DNA from: a virus
Lineage: Duplodnaviria; Caudoviricetes
Length of the DNA: 64,000 bases
Reading direction: 5' to 3' (one strand)
Virus record (IMG/VR): IMGVR_UViG_3300027759_003166
Below, piece by piece: positions 42,805 to 52,875 of this stretch (position 1 is its first letter; each line of letters begins with the position of its first letter). A program made the translations under genes and the position numbers. The notes under the pieces are model-generated. The model saw only the letters and a list, made by a program, of their open reading frames with translations. It was not told where the DNA came from and did not search any database.

Positions 42805-44706
42805 TTATACAGTCTCTTGAACGTCGGCTGCAACCACGCCATCTTCCGCATCTTTTTTAGCCTGTTCTTCAGCTTTTTTAGCTGCTTCTTCGGCTTCGTG
42901 CTTCTTGGCTGTAATTGGACCCATTGCTTGATAAAGTTTTGGAACGCTGTCTTGAATGATTTTAGGATCATCACCTTTGATAGCATCACGAATTGCCTGT
43001 GCTGCATCGTCGGCATTGGCCTTTTCTTCTTCAGTAACTTGATCACCAAACTTATCAATATCTGCTTGGAATTCATTTAGGGTAGATTCTGCGCTATTAC
43101 GTGCTTCAATAAGCTCACGTAGTTTCTTATCTGATTCGGCATTAGCTTCGGCGTCTTGAACCATACGTTCAATTTCGTCTTTGCTAAGTCCGCTATCGGA
43201 TTTGATAGTGATCTTATTTTCTTGGCCGGTGCCTTGATCCTTGGCACTAATATTCATAATACCATTGGCGTCAATATCCAAAGTAACTTCAATTTGCGGA
43301 GTACCTTTACGTGCTGGAGGAATTCCACTTAATTTAAATTCACCAAGCAATTTATTGTATTGAACAAAATCACGCTCTCCCTGGAATACTTTAATATCCA
43401 CAGCAGGTTGATTGTCTTCGGCTGTACTAAACACTTGACTATGTTTGGTAGGAATGGTTGTATTCTTTTGAATCAACTTAGCCATTACACCGCCCTGTGT
43501 TTCAATACCAAGACTTAGTGGAGTAACGTCCAGCAATAGAACGTCTGTACGTCCACCACCTAATACGTCACCCTGGATAGCAGCACCAGCGGCAACTGCT
43601 TCGTCTGGGTTAACATCCTTACGTGGTGCCTTGCCGAATAGTTTCTCAACTGTTTCGATAACCTTAGGCATACGTGTCATACCACCGACTAAGATAACTT
43701 CGTCGATGTCGCTGGCAGTAACACCTGCATCTGCCATAGCAGTTTTGCAAGGCTCAATACTACGTTGGATCAACTCGTCAACAAGCTGTTCCAACTTCGC
43801 ACGAGTGATCTTAACATTCATATGTTTAGGACCACTTGCGTCTGCTGTGATGTAAGGCAAGTTAACATCTGTTTGTGCTGAACTTGACAATTCAATCTTA
43901 GCTTTCTCAGCAGCTTCTTTCAAACGCTGGAGTGCCAACATATCCTTCTTAAGATCAACGCCGTTGTCTTTCTTGAATTCATCGACCAAGAAATCCATAA
44001 TACGTTGGTCAAAGTCTTCACCACCTAAGAATGTATCACCGTTAGTAGATAGAACTTCAATTTGTTTGTCGCCATCAACGTTGGCAATTTCAATAATAGA
44101 TACGTCAAATGTACCACCACCTAGGTCATAGACAGCAATCTTACGATCACGCTTGTCTGCTTTATCCATACCATAGGCAAGAGCAGCGGCAGTTGGTTCG
44201 TTGATAATACGTAGAACTTCAAGTCCTGCGATTTTACCAGCATCTTTAGTTGCTTGACGTTGCTGGTCATTGAAGTAAGCAGGTACGGTAATAACTGCCT
44301 GTGTAACTTCATGTCCAAGATAGTCTTCAGCTGTGAGTTTCATCTTACGAAGAACTTCGGCTGAAATTTGTGGAGGGGCAAGTTCTTGATCATTTGCACT
44401 AACCCAAGCATCACCATTGCTGGCTTCGATGATTTTGTAGGGCATTAGATCAATGTCCTTCTGCACAGCTTGTTCTTTAAACTTACGTCCAATTAGACGC
44501 TTGGCTGCATAGATTGTATTTTTTGGATTAGTAACTGCCTGGCGTTTTGCACTGGCACCTACAAGGATTTCATCGTTAGCATAGGCAATAATACTAGGAG
44601 TAGTTCTTGCACCTTCGCTGTTTTCGATTACTTTGGGGATACCGTTTTCAATAACGGCTACACATGAATTGGTTGTACCGAGATCGATACCGATTACTTT
44701 ACTCAT
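42805..44706 (-). CDS. dnaK: Chaperone DnaK (Hsp70)
   Basis: [34 protein letters not shown]. Confidence 0.98.
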   Translation of the reverse strand: MSKVIGIDLGTTNSCVAVIENGIPKVIENSEGARTTPSIIAYANDEILVGASAKRQAVTNPKNTIYAAKRLIGRKFKEQAVQKDIDLMPYKIIEASNGDAWVSANDQELAPPQISAEVLRKMKLTAEDYLGHEVTQAVITVPAYFNDQQRQATKDAGKIAGLEVLRIINEPTAAALAYGMDKADKRDRKIAVYDLGGGTFDVSIIEIANVDGDKQIEVLSTNGDTFLGGEDFDQRIMDFLVDEFKKDNGVDLKKDMLALQRLKEAAEKAKIELSSSAQTDVNLPYITADASGPKHMNVKITRAKLEQLVDELIQRSIEPCKTAMADAGVTASDIDEVILVGGMTRMPKVIETVEKLFGKAPRKDVNPDEAVAAGAAIQGDVLGGGRTDVLLLDVTPLSLGIETQGGVMAKLIQKNTTIPTKHSQVFSTAEDNQPAVDIKVFQGERDFVQYNKLLGEFKLSGIPPARKGTPQIEVTLDIDANGIMNISAKDQGTGQENKITIKSDSGLSKDEIERMVQDAEANAESDKKLRELIEARNSAESTLNEFQADIDKFGDQVTEEEKANADDAAQAIRDAIKGDDPKIIQDSVPKLYQAMGPITAKKHEAEEAAKKAEEQAKKDAEDGVVAADVQETV

Positions 44707-44778
44707 TATTTCTCCTTTGATTAAGTAAGATTTTTTTGGGCACTATGCCCGATAAGATATCCAATATAGGTATATCGT
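44707..44778 (-). promoter_or_regulatory. Three-hairpin 5' UTR, ROSE-like RNA thermometer candidate (dnaK)
   Basis: Same GGGCAUAGUGCCC and UCUUACUU/AAGGAGA as the hsp20 UTR. Confidence 0.6.
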
Positions 44779-44800
44779 GCATTTATTTATTATAGATAGA

Positions 44801-45079
44801 TCATGTATCTGTGTCAACATGATCGGCAGCTTTTGCTACATTTTTCATTATTTCTATATATTTTTTACTACTCTGCTCCGAATCAAAATTGGATATCCTT
44901 TGTTCACCTAATGTTTTTAACATTGGATGAATTAACTTTTCTGTGATCCTACGACTCATATTTTCTAAAACCGTGTCTATGTCTTCGCCCTGGGCAATTT
45001 TTTGCATAGCACGACCTGTTTCAAACATTTGAACACGACCGGCCCATGACTCCATAGACTCACCGGGTTTAATTTTCAT
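44801..45079 (-). CDS. Stand-alone protein resembling the glutamyl-tRNA reductase C-terminal dimerisation domain
   Basis: AMQKIAQGEDIDTVLENMSRRITEKLIHP resembles the HemA tail A..L..G.D...+...L...LT.+L+H.P. Confidence 0.6.
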   Translation of the reverse strand: MKIKPGESMESWAGRVQMFETGRAMQKIAQGEDIDTVLENMSRRITEKLIHPMLKTLGEQRISNFDSEQSSKKYIEIMKNVAKAADHVDTDT

Positions 45080-45885
45080 TACAAATCAAATACCAATGTA
45101 CTAGTAATCTTAGGGGTAGGCATAGGTTCCACATCCATACTTAGTAGATCACCTACCACACGGCTGCGATTCTTGACATTGGTTTGCCCGAGAACAACTA
45201 CTCCAAATAATTCTTTATTCTTTTCCACTAGCATAAGCACACAGCGTCCTGCCGGATTGGTAAATCCAGTTTTGCTGATTAGAATATTATCGTAGACGAA
45301 TATATCCGGATTGGTATTTCGTATATTAATATGAATTACTTTTTTACCTCGAGGAATATTCAATACAGCATTACGTTCGTTGGCTATTTTTCTAATCACT
45401 GGTTCGTCTTTGATTTTATACAAGAACTCAATAAGTTCACGGGCTGTACTCTTATTACCTTCTTTAAGACCTGTGCTATCTACAATTGTAGTATTTTCTA
45501 ATGTAATATCTTTGACATAGTTATTGACATCTGACAAGAATTTATCAAAGCCGCCCGGATGATGATAGGCTAATGTTTCTGCTGCTCTGTTATCACTGCT
45601 GATTATCATTGATCGCATTAGATCCATACGAGTCATGTATACACCTCTGGGTACATGACCTTTGCTCCGACCGTCAACAAATATCTTCTCGTTAAGATCC
45701 GCACCACTACGTATCACAGTTATAGCTGTGAATAATTTTGTAATGCTGGCAATGCTGCGTACTTCCATATGGTTGTATCTCACAGCATACATGGCTGCGT
45801 TATAATCATAAAGGGCATAGGATCCAGTTTCTCCGTATGCCGACAAGGACATTAACATTGAAAGTATAATAAAGAGTTTTTTCAT
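45079..45885 (-). CDS. Peptidase S11, D-Ala-D-Ala endo/carboxypeptidase (PBP7-like)
   Basis: Signal peptide; SITK (SxxK), SDN and KTG motifs. Confidence 0.9.
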   Translation of the reverse strand: MKKLFIILSMLMSLSAYGETGSYALYDYNAAMYAVRYNHMEVRSIASITKLFTAITVIRSGADLNEKIFVDGRSKGHVPRGVYMTRMDLMRSMIISSDNRAAETLAYHHPGGFDKFLSDVNNYVKDITLENTTIVDSTGLKEGNKSTARELIEFLYKIKDEPVIRKIANERNAVLNIPRGKKVIHINIRNTNPDIFVYDNILISKTGFTNPAGRCVLMLVEKNKELFGVVVLGQTNVKNRSRVVGDLLSMDVEPMPTPKITSTLVFDL

Positions 45886-46097
45886 ATTGAGTATTTAAGT
45901 GCAAAAAAAGTAGCGAATTTTTCAGTATTGAATGCAAAGATAGCATGTCGAGGCCTAGGTGAGTCTGTTATAGTAAATTCAGTAGAGCTCACATAAGTAA
46001 ACTCAAAGTCTATACCTTGTATCATACCTTGCTGTCTAAGTTCTCTAACTATTTCCATAGTTCTTTGGGCATCTATGTATAAGGTAACGGTCTTCAA
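45882..46097 (-). CDS. Small paralog-family protein 1
   Basis: Ends ...KFATFFALKYS. Confidence 0.6.
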   Translation of the reverse strand: MKTVTLYIDAQRTMEIVRELRQQGMIQGIDFEFTYVSSTEFTITDSPRPRHAIFAFNTEKFATFFALKYSI

Positions 46098-46390
46098 GAG
46101 TACCTCAATATAAACATAGTCGCATCTTTTTCATCTTTGAAATAGAATTTTTTATCCTTCTCAAACCAACGTGCGCCACTCTTGCCGAAGTGTTCTCTAC
46201 ACCAAGCCAGAGCAGGAGTGACTATATCATCGTATTTGTTCTTATCAGTAACAGGCAGTGATACCCAATGATATTCGCCAAGCCAACTTTTGGCCGTGCC
46301 TTTCTTCATTGGTGTAAGTTCAGGCTCCAATGTGACACCATTAAATGGGCTTGTATTAAAAACAGGAATTGTTGTTGCCATTATGACCAC
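46094..46390 (-). CDS. Small paralog-family protein 2
   Basis: WCREHFG...KDEKDATMFILRYS. Confidence 0.65.
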   Translation of the reverse strand: MVIMATTIPVFNTSPFNGVTLEPELTPMKKGTAKSWLGEYHWVSLPVTDKNKYDDIVTPALAWCREHFGKSGARWFEKDKKFYFKDEKDATMFILRYS

Positions 46391-46608
46391 CTTAATATAA
46401 ACATAGTGTAATCTTTATCTTCGTTCCAAATACACCATTCAAAATCATCATCAACTAAAATATTAAATTTACCTAACAATTCTCTTGATACCGCCCTAGT
46501 TCTTTTTTCTTGCGGCAATTCCATCATATCAGACACTAATGGGTCCAATTGCCTTAGTAGCCTTGAAAAATTATTTAGTTCATGATATGGAGTTTTAATC
46601 ATGACCAC
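46381..46608 (-). CDS. Small paralog-family protein 3
   Basis: Ends ...EDKDYTMFILRWS. Confidence 0.65.
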   Translation of the reverse strand: MVMIKTPYHELNNFSRLLRQLDPLVSDMMELPQEKRTRAVSRELLGKFNILVDDDFEWCIWNEDKDYTMFILRWS

Positions 46609-46916
46609 CTCAATATAAACATAGTACGATCACGTTCTTCACAGAACCAATACTTACGATCACTGCCAACCCAACGAGCATTTTCTTTGAGCCAATCAGA
46701 TTCTCCCATAGTATCCGCCATCCACTCACCCATCTCATACCACTCTCCGGAATCGTAGTTGTATGGTCGAACCCAATAGGGCCATTTAGGTTGATTATCA
46801 GCATAGCCAGTTTCAAGGCGTTTCATGTTGATTTCGTTTATCCATTCGTCGGCCATGTCGGATATCCATCTATCTTTGGCCATAGCACGTTTCTTAAGCA
46901 TTAAATATTTTCCCAA
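46599..46916 (-). CDS. Small paralog-family protein 4
   Basis: Ends ...EERDRTMFILRWS. Confidence 0.65.
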   Translation of the reverse strand: MGKYLMLKKRAMAKDRWISDMADEWINEINMKRLETGYADNQPKWPYWVRPYNYDSGEWYEMGEWMADTMGESDWLKENARWVGSDRKYWFCEERDRTMFILRWS

Positions 46917-47148
46917 CGTGTTCTACAGTGAGATCATCGTTGGGCACAATAGGAGCGTTCCACATCAAGGCCATTAGCAATGCGTCTTTATTGCTTTTGA
47001 AAACAAAATCCATATAGTTGACATTGGCATGACTTTGGAATCTATCACCAGGCAAGCCAAAATGTTCAATAGCCCATGCACATACGTCGTTCCATTGTTC
47101 CGAGTTTCCAAAATCTCGACTCCATGATATGCGTACTGTACTTGACAT
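46894..47148 (-). CDS. Small paralog-family protein 5
   Basis: WAIEHFG...FKSNKDALLMALMW. Confidence 0.65.
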   Translation of the reverse strand: MSSTVRISWSRDFGNSEQWNDVCAWAIEHFGLPGDRFQSHANVNYMDFVFKSNKDALLMALMWNAPIVPNDDLTVEHVGKIFNA

Positions 47149-47324
47149 TATTCAACTCCGAAATGTTGTTTAATCAAATCCGAAGCAAGGAATGGTTCTG
47201 CGGTATCGGCAATCTCGGCACATTTGAGAACAATCAACTCAGCAAACTTTTGGTAATTGAAGTTAAGTCCAAATTCATTGTGTTCCCAACATTGGGGTTC
47301 AATTTCTTTGATTCGATTGTTCAT
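47148..47324 (-). CDS. Small hypothetical protein (58 aa), paralog of 8220-8408
   Basis: Manual translation MNNRIKEIEPQCWEHNEFGLNFNYQKFAELIVLKCA...IKQHFGVE. Confidence 0.7.
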   Translation of the reverse strand: MNNRIKEIEPQCWEHNEFGLNFNYQKFAELIVLKCAEIADTAEPFLASDLIKQHFGVE

Positions 47325-47418
47325 TCTATATATCTCCTAGAATCTTCATTAGAGCGATAACACATATATAATACTCCTACAATATATCCAATTAAAAATC
47401 CAAAGAATAAATCCCAGG

Positions 47419-47766
47419 TCATTTTGTTTTCCTACGTTTAAGCATTTTTTGATATTGCTCTTCAGTTAATGAATGGCTAGTATCACAATCACCATTTGGA
47501 TCTAAGGTACGACCGCAATGACAAGACCCATTCATATCTATTAATCGTGTCATACCTTTCATTGGTACTGATACAATATATCTAATTTGTTCTTCTACTC
47601 TAAGAGGTAGATCAGAATGTACAAGTACATTATCTTCAACTTGTCTTATAACCATTCCAACTATGGGCACTTTGTTTAATCGAGCAAATACTCTATCTCC
47701 ATAGTTGTATTTGGGTTTAGGCAAGTGTGCATCTCTTTGTAGAAATTGATCAGTTTGTGTTACCAT
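47419..47766 (-). CDS. Hypothetical protein with a C-terminal CDGSH-like metal-binding motif
   Basis: CHCGRTLDPNGDCDTSH. Confidence 0.55.
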   Translation of the reverse strand: MVTQTDQFLQRDAHLPKPKYNYGDRVFARLNKVPIVGMVIRQVEDNVLVHSDLPLRVEEQIRYIVSVPMKGMTRLIDMNGSCHCGRTLDPNGDCDTSHSLTEEQYQKMLKRRKTK

Positions 47767-47773
47767 ATCATTC

Positions 47774-48169
47774 TTAATACAAAACAGGTTCTACTGTATG
47801 CTCACCTTTTAGGGCCATCCATACTTCTTCTTTTTCAGTGAATACAAGCCCGCGGTTTTCTAAAATAGGTCGACGCATAGCCGATGTTATATCACACCAT
47901 GCATCTACGTTAGCATAACTGCCATATGCTACCGTTGGACAGCATTCGTTGATCCAACCAGCCAAATTCTTAAATGCCTCAATACTATTAGAAGGATGGC
48001 TACTACGCATAGCACCTAAAAAGTCATTGGCTAATACAGCAGTAAAAAAACTGCCAGATGGATATCCATAGACCAAATAGTTAGCAATGGTATCGGCAAA
48101 TTCTCTAGGAACATCCCACCGTTCGAATGTTTCGTACAAACGATTTCGACTATAAACAGTTATATTCAT
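47774..48169 (-). CDS. Hypothetical protein (start refined to 48169)
   Basis: YLVYGYPSGSFFTAVLANDF. Confidence 0.65.
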   Translation of the reverse strand: MNITVYSRNRLYETFERWDVPREFADTIANYLVYGYPSGSFFTAVLANDFLGAMRSSHPSNSIEAFKNLAGWINECCPTVAYGSYANVDAWCDITSAMRRPILENRGLVFTEKEEVWMALKGEHTVEPVLY

Positions 48170-48170
48170 A

Positions 48171-48986
48171 CTACACCTCAAAGTAAAAGTCAGGTTTAAA
48201 ACCACTGGTATCTTCGTGTCCAATGTAGCCACGTGGATTACTAACCACTCGTGTATTACCAATCATATAGTCAACTGGATCGTGCATATGGCCATGAACA
48301 AAGTATTTGATGTTAGGAAAATCTAAAATCATTTCACTTAGGTCGCTGGTGTATCCCCCATTCATAGTTTGATCGTTCTTATATTTGTCATTGATACTTG
48401 CATAACTAGGACCGTGATGAGTAATGACAACAAAGGGTTTGTCACGATTCATTTCCAATACGGTTTTAAAGTATTGTTTAGTCTTAAAATGTACCCCAGC
48501 AGTATGCTCAGGTGTTAGTTTATGATACACATCTTTAGCAGGATAATGATTAGTTATAAGTTTGTAATCATTCATGAACTGCTTGAGAGTAAATGCTGTA
48601 ATGCTATCACCTTTGTTAAGGTCGGTCCATAGCGTAGCACCCATAAACATAACACCCTTGTAATTAACAACTTCGTTTTCTAACAAGGTAACATTCTTAG
48701 GTAGGATGCTTTTTAGCTCATCATAGGTTTTATCAAACCGATTGTGATAATGCTCATGATTACCAAGCACCATAAACACTTGGTCATACTTGGCACACTC
48801 CCATTTGAAGAACTCGGAACACCGGAATTCTTCAATAGGAGTATCTTGTACTAGTTTAGTGCTGTGGTGATGCTTGCGGATGCTACGTGCCTCGGCAATA
48901 TCTCCGGCCAAGATGAGTACCTCACCACCGGGAAGTTCTTGGTAGCCGAATTCTAAATGTAGATCTGATACTAAACTGACTCTCAT
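48171..48986 (-). CDS. Metallophosphoesterase
   Basis: SDLHLE, AGDI, GNHE, THH, HGHMH, NPRGY. Confidence 0.9.
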   Translation of the reverse strand: MRVSLVSDLHLEFGYQELPGGEVLILAGDIAEARSIRKHHHSTKLVQDTPIEEFRCSEFFKWECAKYDQVFMVLGNHEHYHNRFDKTYDELKSILPKNVTLLENEVVNYKGVMFMGATLWTDLNKGDSITAFTLKQFMNDYKLITNHYPAKDVYHKLTPEHTAGVHFKTKQYFKTVLEMNRDKPFVVITHHGPSYASINDKYKNDQTMNGGYTSDLSEMILDFPNIKYFVHGHMHDPVDYMIGNTRVVSNPRGYIGHEDTSGFKPDFYFEV

Positions 48987-49348
48987 GTTATCTTGACCTG
49001 ATTTTTTACTCGATCACTATATAATTTATGCCCACGTTCTCTAATCAGATCAGCAGTCTCTTGTGGGTGTTCCTCCCACTGTTCTCTCCAAAACGCTTCA
49101 TCCATTCCTTCAGTACAATCAATGGCATAGATTTCATAATGACGTTGCGGATTAAATCTAGCCCGCAATAACAAATTTTTAACAATGCTATTAAGAGGGT
49201 TTGGAATACGCGGTTGATCCCTTAACAATCGCATGGTATTTTCTTGATCGTGAAACTCATATTGACTAATGGGTACAATAGAGTCAATGCCCAAATGATC
49301 CCAAGTAAAGATGAATGCGTTCTTTGTTGCCATACTGATATTATACAC
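48983..49348 (-). CDS. Hypothetical protein
   Basis: 121-aa coupled ORF. Confidence 0.6.
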   Translation of the reverse strand: MYNISMATKNAFIFTWDHLGIDSIVPISQYEFHDQENTMRLLRDQPRIPNPLNSIVKNLLLRARFNPQRHYEIYAIDCTEGMDEAFWREQWEEHPQETADLIRERGHKLYSDRVKNQVKIT

Positions 49349-49406
49349 TAAACTGGTAAATTTGTCAAGTGGTTTTCAAACCGTTAAATAGTTAAAAGGA
49401 TTGATA

Positions 49407-49826
49407 ATGGAAAAGATTAAGAAAGCACTTTGGTTTACAGCGGGTATTTTATTTTTAGGGTTAGCCTATATTGGTATGGTTGTGCCCGGAATTCCATGGT
49501 CTACCCCATCCTTACTTGCTACCTACTGCTTTGCTCGCAGCAGTAAAAAGTTTCATGATTATATGTTAAATCATAAGTTATTTGGTCCATTCATCAAAGA
49601 TTGGCAAGCAGGCAGTGTATTTCCATCTAGAGCCAAATGGTTCATGTTTATAAGCATGGATGTTAGTTTGGTTATTTTTTGGTTCGCTACACAGAATTGG
49701 AAAGCCACAATAGGCATGGGTATATTCTTTGCACTAGTTATACTATGGGCAAGTAGATTGCCAGGTAGTAGGGAAGAAAGTGATAGAAGAAAAGCCGCAG
49801 GTGAGAAGTTAGGATGGTTTGGTTAA
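49407..49826 (+). CDS. YbaN/DUF454 inner-membrane protein
   Basis: GMVVPGIPWSTPSLLATYCFARSSKKFH...HKLFGPFI.DW. Confidence 0.85.
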   Translation: MEKIKKALWFTAGILFLGLAYIGMVVPGIPWSTPSLLATYCFARSSKKFHDYMLNHKLFGPFIKDWQAGSVFPSRAKWFMFISMDVSLVIFWFATQNWKATIGMGIFFALVILWASRLPGSREESDRRKAAGEKLGWFG

Positions 49827-50575
49827 AGCCGTTGTTCATAATGTACTTCTGCCCATTTAAAATTGTTCCAGGGAGAGTTTATTGCCATTGAAGTTTTTTC
49901 ACGTATATCGTGAAAGAACAATTTAGCATCAGTTTGTACGCTATCAACTAAACAATGGAAACTACTAGGTACGCAATGTATTTCTTCAGCACATTGAATT
50001 AATTTAGTAAACTGCATCATATCATCAGTAATGCCTTCCTTAATTTCAATAATTTTTATATCTTCTCTTAATCCTTGATGCTTTCTAAATTCATTAATGT
50101 TTATAGGAATACCTTCTGGGTTATCTCCTGTATACCTATGCACTAAAATATAAGGCTGGCCGTTGCTAAGAGATTGATATAGTTCTTCTGATCCTGCTAT
50201 GTATTTAGGTAATCTAAAATTTGAATATCTTAATTCAAAGGATAATTCATAGTTTGAATAATGTTGTATATCCCACATAGGGATAATCTGATAACTTCTT
50301 ATATTACTTTGTACAAGAGGTATTGCTAGTAATCTAGAAAGTCCATGCGCTTTGGCATATTGAGCATGATGCTCTTCTATAGGTTCTAGTGCAACTACTT
50401 TTATGTTAGGATGATCTTGATACAATGTTTTTGTAGTTTTGTAGAAACTTGGTCGTGCAGGGAGATGTAATTCCTGGCATCTATCAGCATAATGATTTAT
50501 CATACCGCTTTGTACAAAGCTATCACCTAATCCAACTGATCCTAGAAAAAATAATCTATCAAATATCTTTATCAT
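49823..50575 (-). CDS. Hypothetical, glycosyltransferase-like protein
   Basis: GLGDSF...AEEIHCVPSSFHCLVD. Confidence 0.55.
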   Translation of the reverse strand: MIKIFDRLFFLGSVGLGDSFVQSGMINHYADRCQELHLPARPSFYKTTKTLYQDHPNIKVVALEPIEEHHAQYAKAHGLSRLLAIPLVQSNIRSYQIIPMWDIQHYSNYELSFELRYSNFRLPKYIAGSEELYQSLSNGQPYILVHRYTGDNPEGIPININEFRKHQGLREDIKIIEIKEGITDDMMQFTKLIQCAEEIHCVPSSFHCLVDSVQTDAKLFFHDIREKTSMAINSPWNNFKWAEVHYEQRL

Positions 50576-51105
50576 TAACGTTCTCTGATATTTAATTTAC
50601 GATACATATTTTGTACACCCACTGCCTGACGGATAGCATCTTCCAACGCATCGTGTTTCCCACCTGTGGGCATATCTGGATCAAAACCAAGATCAAACAA
50701 TGTTCGTGTATCACGCAATTGCCAAAAGTTCCAGGGCAACGGTTTGTTTAAAGAACGATAAATGTGTTCAAGTATAACCAAATCGAAGGTAGCACCATGG
50801 CTCCAGAAGGCGCTACAGCCCCACGCAAACTTATGAAACTGATTAATAGCATCTACTAAAGGAACACGATTGTCTGAACTAAATGCTTCTTCCATAATAG
50901 CAGGATCTTGTTTTGACCACCACTCAATGGTCAGGGGATCTACTTCTCTATTTAGAGCATCTTGGTCATCGATGTTGATACGGAAATAGATCTTATCTGA
51001 ATAACCTGTTCCATATGGATTGAAGTGTACTGCTCCTAATGTAAGGACAACAGCGTTTGGAGAAACTGCCATTGTTTCTAAGTCGACCATAAGGTGCTTT
51101 GCCAT
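50575..51105 (-). CDS. DEDDh 3'-5' exonuclease (exodeoxyribonuclease VIII-like)
   Basis: MVDLET, WSHGATFD, RDTRT, HDALEDA. Confidence 0.9.
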   Translation of the reverse strand: MAKHLMVDLETMAVSPNAVVLTLGAVHFNPYGTGYSDKIYFRINIDDQDALNREVDPLTIEWWSKQDPAIMEEAFSSDNRVPLVDAINQFHKFAWGCSAFWSHGATFDLVILEHIYRSLNKPLPWNFWQLRDTRTLFDLGFDPDMPTGGKHDALEDAIRQAVGVQNMYRKLNIRER

Positions 51106-51142
51106 AATTGCTTTCTATTAAATTACTATTTTACATTAAAAA

Positions 51143-51709
51143 TTAATCTTTGTCAATAACAAGATGCTTAAAATAATCAAAGTGTTTTTCCAGTGTCCAT
51201 GCTTTAGGATCAACTGTAGTTCCATCATGTGTTTCAAAATTAGCCTTAAACACATTTGAATAACGTAAAAAAGGCAACCACATATCTGGTGTATGACTAG
51301 ACCATCCTGCTTCTTTTAACTCATGATGTTTACTACGGCTCAAACGTACAGTAGGTGCATTGAGTGCCTGATCTGTAGTAATTACTCCTGCCAACAATAA
51401 ATCTCTAATACGAGAGGCAGGAATAAGATGTTCAAAGTCGGTGTCGTCGTCAGCACCAATTTCGTGATAGTGAGCCATCATTCCATCACGCTGTTTAATA
51501 CAGTATTCATGATATCGTCGTAGATAGTAGTCAATATCATTACGAACTTCTCGCAGCCATTGTTGATCATTTTTAATTGTCTGATATTCTATTACCAAAC
51601 GATTTAAATGATCGGAGCAATGACGAGCTACTGTTTTATAAGTAGCGGCAGTGCGTTTAGTCTTACCATACACAGGCGGTGTAAAGTTTTCAAGTGCTTC
51701 TTTAAGCAT
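51143..51709 (-). CDS. Hypothetical protein
   Basis: 188-aa ORF with DFEHLIP. Confidence 0.6.
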   Translation of the reverse strand: MLKEALENFTPPVYGKTKRTAATYKTVARHCSDHLNRLVIEYQTIKNDQQWLREVRNDIDYYLRRYHEYCIKQRDGMMAHYHEIGADDDTDFEHLIPASRIRDLLLAGVITTDQALNAPTVRLSRSKHHELKEAGWSSHTPDMWLPFLRYSNVFKANFETHDGTTVDPKAWTLEKHFDYFKHLVIDKD

Positions 51710-52769
51710 TTACTTCATCCACAGCTTTTTCAGGAATCAATCCTTCAGCAATATTGCCTTCGATAATACCCATTGTAGAACCAGCGCCGTGGAATGGTAA
51801 GTTCAATGTGCCGCCTGAAAATACATAGATTTCACGCAAGAAGTTACTCATTGCTTCTGGAGCACTCCAACTTGCACCTGGGCGAACATGTGCCCATTGC
51901 ACTTTGGACTTAGAGTGAATCAATGCTGAACTCTTATAAGTTCCTTTAATAGTAGTTAAAACTTCCTTCATCCATCCTATGGGCAACGGTGATGTTTCTG
52001 CTTTTGCTAATTTGTACAATTCCAATAGTCCAATATAAACACCTTGATCAATTTCTTCCTGCAAAGGAAATACTGATTTAATAGAATTTAAAATTTCTAA
52101 TAGAACTTTCCCTTTTTCATCAACTTCGATGCCCTTCTGTGCATACTTGAAGTGACTAAAGAAGTAGTCATTACTACCCCGCAGATTATCGCTAGCACGG
52201 CTACCTTTGTCTTGAAGATCAATTTTAGCGGCATCAAATTGGTCTTGCATGGTTTTAGCACTAACAACCTTTTTATCTCGGCTACCATTTTTATAACGCA
52301 CCAACGCATTACGATGCAGGTCGCCGGGTGTTAATCGTTTAACACCAGTATCGTTAAGCAATTCAAATGCATAGCTGGCAAAATTAGGATCGTCGGTTTC
52401 TACTACAGCACACGGTACTTCTGTGAAACCTAGCAATCCTGCTGCAATTGTACGATGTTGTGCATCATACAAATAAGTATGTGGACGGTTAATAATACGA
52501 CATGCAGATCCGGTAGAACAGATACGCGGATCCCATTTCCTCATAATATTAATAATGTGTTTATGTATCACATCACGTTGAACTTCATAGTCAATCCAAA
52601 GATCTTCAATTTTGATCATTGCACTAACAGGAAATTTATGTGATAATGCCTGAGCACGAGCTCGCCATGCATTGAGGTCTTTTTGAGTCACACCATAGTG
52701 TGCTTTGAGTTGTTTTTCAACTTCAGAAATTACATCCGTAAGTTTACGTGTGAGTCGTTTAGCTGCCAT
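51702..52769 (-). CDS. ParB/Srx-like N-terminal domain protein (start refined to 52769)
   Basis: LWIDYEVQR...YLYDAQHRTIAA...VPCAV. Confidence 0.65.
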   Translation of the reverse strand: MAAKRLTRKLTDVISEVEKQLKAHYGVTQKDLNAWRARAQALSHKFPVSAMIKIEDLWIDYEVQRDVIHKHIINIMRKWDPRICSTGSACRIINRPHTYLYDAQHRTIAAGLLGFTEVPCAVVETDDPNFASYAFELLNDTGVKRLTPGDLHRNALVRYKNGSRDKKVVSAKTMQDQFDAAKIDLQDKGSRASDNLRGSNDYFFSHFKYAQKGIEVDEKGKVLLEILNSIKSVFPLQEEIDQGVYIGLLELYKLAKAETSPLPIGWMKEVLTTIKGTYKSSALIHSKSKVQWAHVRPGASWSAPEAMSNFLREIYVFSGGTLNLPFHGAGSTMGIIEGNIAEGLIPEKAVDEVNA

Positions 52770-52875
52770 TTTAAGTTTCCTTTTTACCGGACACAATGCC
52801 GGATTGGTTAAAAATATAACTCAACTATTTAAGTTATGTATATATTATAGCAAGGTTTTACCTCTATGTCAACCT

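Noticed and set aside
42296-44318. Alternative-frame and antisense ORFs over hsp20 and dnaK (e.g. 42712-43080, 42798-43076)
   Set aside because: They lie within well-supported genes and have no motifs or SD.
42752-44750. CIRCE/HrcA operator for the GGGCACTATGCCC palindrome
   Set aside because: It does not match TTAGCACTC-N9-GAGTGCTAA; position and accompanying hairpins fit an RNA element better.
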